Of a DNA stretch of 64,000 bases, positions 63,014-64,000 are shown in pieces. Where the stretch lies: the NCBI GenBank assembly GCA_964199315.1, contig OZ116707.1:310001-374000 (forward strand). The letters are read 5' to 3'. The DNA comes from Orbicella franksi (lineage: Eukaryota). The notes below the pieces were generated by a model. The model did not search any database and was not told where the DNA came from. It worked only from the letters and a program-made list of their open reading frames with translations. Position numbers and translations under genes: made by a program. How positions within the stretch are numbered: position 1 is the stretch's first letter; each line of letters opens with the position of its first letter.

Positions 63014-63560
63014 CAGTGCTGTCAATAAGGGCCGCTAGCTGGTTGAAACAGCCAGCTACTCACCTGGCTACTCACTAATCTTTGGCTGGCTACTTTTGTC
63101 TCATTTGACTGTTAATTTTGGTAAGAAACTTAAAGTAAGGAAACGATCCCACAAAAATAATTGTGAGACATCCACCTCAAACGTCTGAGTCGAAATAAAG
63201 ACGCATTTCAGGAGTTTTAAATGTCTTTACCTTTCCCAGGCACGATGGAAGTTGATCGCAGAATCATGGAATGCCTGCAACATTTTCACAGAACAGGATC
63301 CTGCAAAAATAATTGTAAAACATCCAGCTCAGAAGTCTGAGCCTAAGTAAAGCCACATTTCTGGAGTTTTAAATGTGTTAACCTTTCGGTGGAAGTATAA
63401 AAAGTCGCAGCAGATCGAAGAGTCGTGGAATGCCTGGGACATTTTCACAAGACTAGACCCCAGGCTTTCGCATGTGCCAAAATGGTGTCCGCGCCAAAGA
63501 AACCGAGACAGACATCGCTGAGCACATTTTTTCACTCTCCATCGAGTGAGCAAAGCAAAG
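63014..63560 (+). mobile_element. Possible left end and first exon of a hAT-like element
   Basis: CAGTGCTGTCAA terminus-like motif, TGGCTAC repeats, an about 150-bp duplication (63200-63460), and MVSAPKKPRQTSLSTFF followed by a GT donor. Confidence 0.3.
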
Positions 63561-64000
63561 GTAAGGACCTTTTTATTCATTTTTGCATGTATTACAAGCA
63601 TAATGTAAAAACTTTGTATTTCTGTGATTTTAACGCTTGAAATCATGATATGCATAAAGCACACTTACAACAGGTTTCTTTGAACTGGTTCTTACTCAGT
63701 AGAGCAATCACCATTAATGTTGTTGTAGTAGCACTTTATTAAACCCCTGTAAATTTGTTGGCTCCTTTTACTGGAAATATTGAAACAATGTCAAGTGCCA
63801 AGCTGCTTACTTCTGTAAGAGACAACTTTTAAACTTGCAGTATTTGCTTATTCTTCTGACAGAAAGTGAGGGTTCTTCTAAGCTCACAAGTATACCTGTT
63901 GGTACGTTGGCATCCGAAGGTACAGCAGTTTTTTTTTTTTTGGTGTGAGAGAGTTTCAGTCTCAGGATTGTCCTAACTATCTTTCATCATTCCTTTGTGT

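Overview
AT-rich, intron-containing animal DNA, most likely a stony coral or other cnidarian (inferred from repeat types and gene structure). I find no intact host gene. The window is a stack of mostly decayed transposable elements with one 200-N assembly gap (42801-43000). The main result is a hand-reconstructed multi-exon gene spanning about 1.9-26.5 kb. It encodes a Transib/RAG1/Chapaev-type DDE transposase, with the C-x2-C, LH, H-x4-H and catalytic D/E motifs, and predicted splicing fuses it to a C-terminal Ulp1/SENP (C48) protease with an intact H-D-C triad. A diverged paralog with the same intron positions lies just upstream (681-1546). Several elements are nested inside this gene: a 9.3-kb Zator-like element (D-x43-E) holding two pogo elements, a TTAA-flanked Kolobok-like element, and a 2.4-kb TIR element that splits the protease. 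Downstream are a 140-bp satellite, a convergent unknown ORF, remnants of a protein kinase, zinc-finger ORF and alpha-kinase, a Tigger element, and L2/CR1, Penelope, Gypsy, Sola and BEL remnants. The window also holds a young full-length BEL/Pao retrotransposon (54334-60329; GGTAC TSD, tRNA-Tyr PBS). Exon structures and family calls come from manual translation and motif recognition, not database searches.
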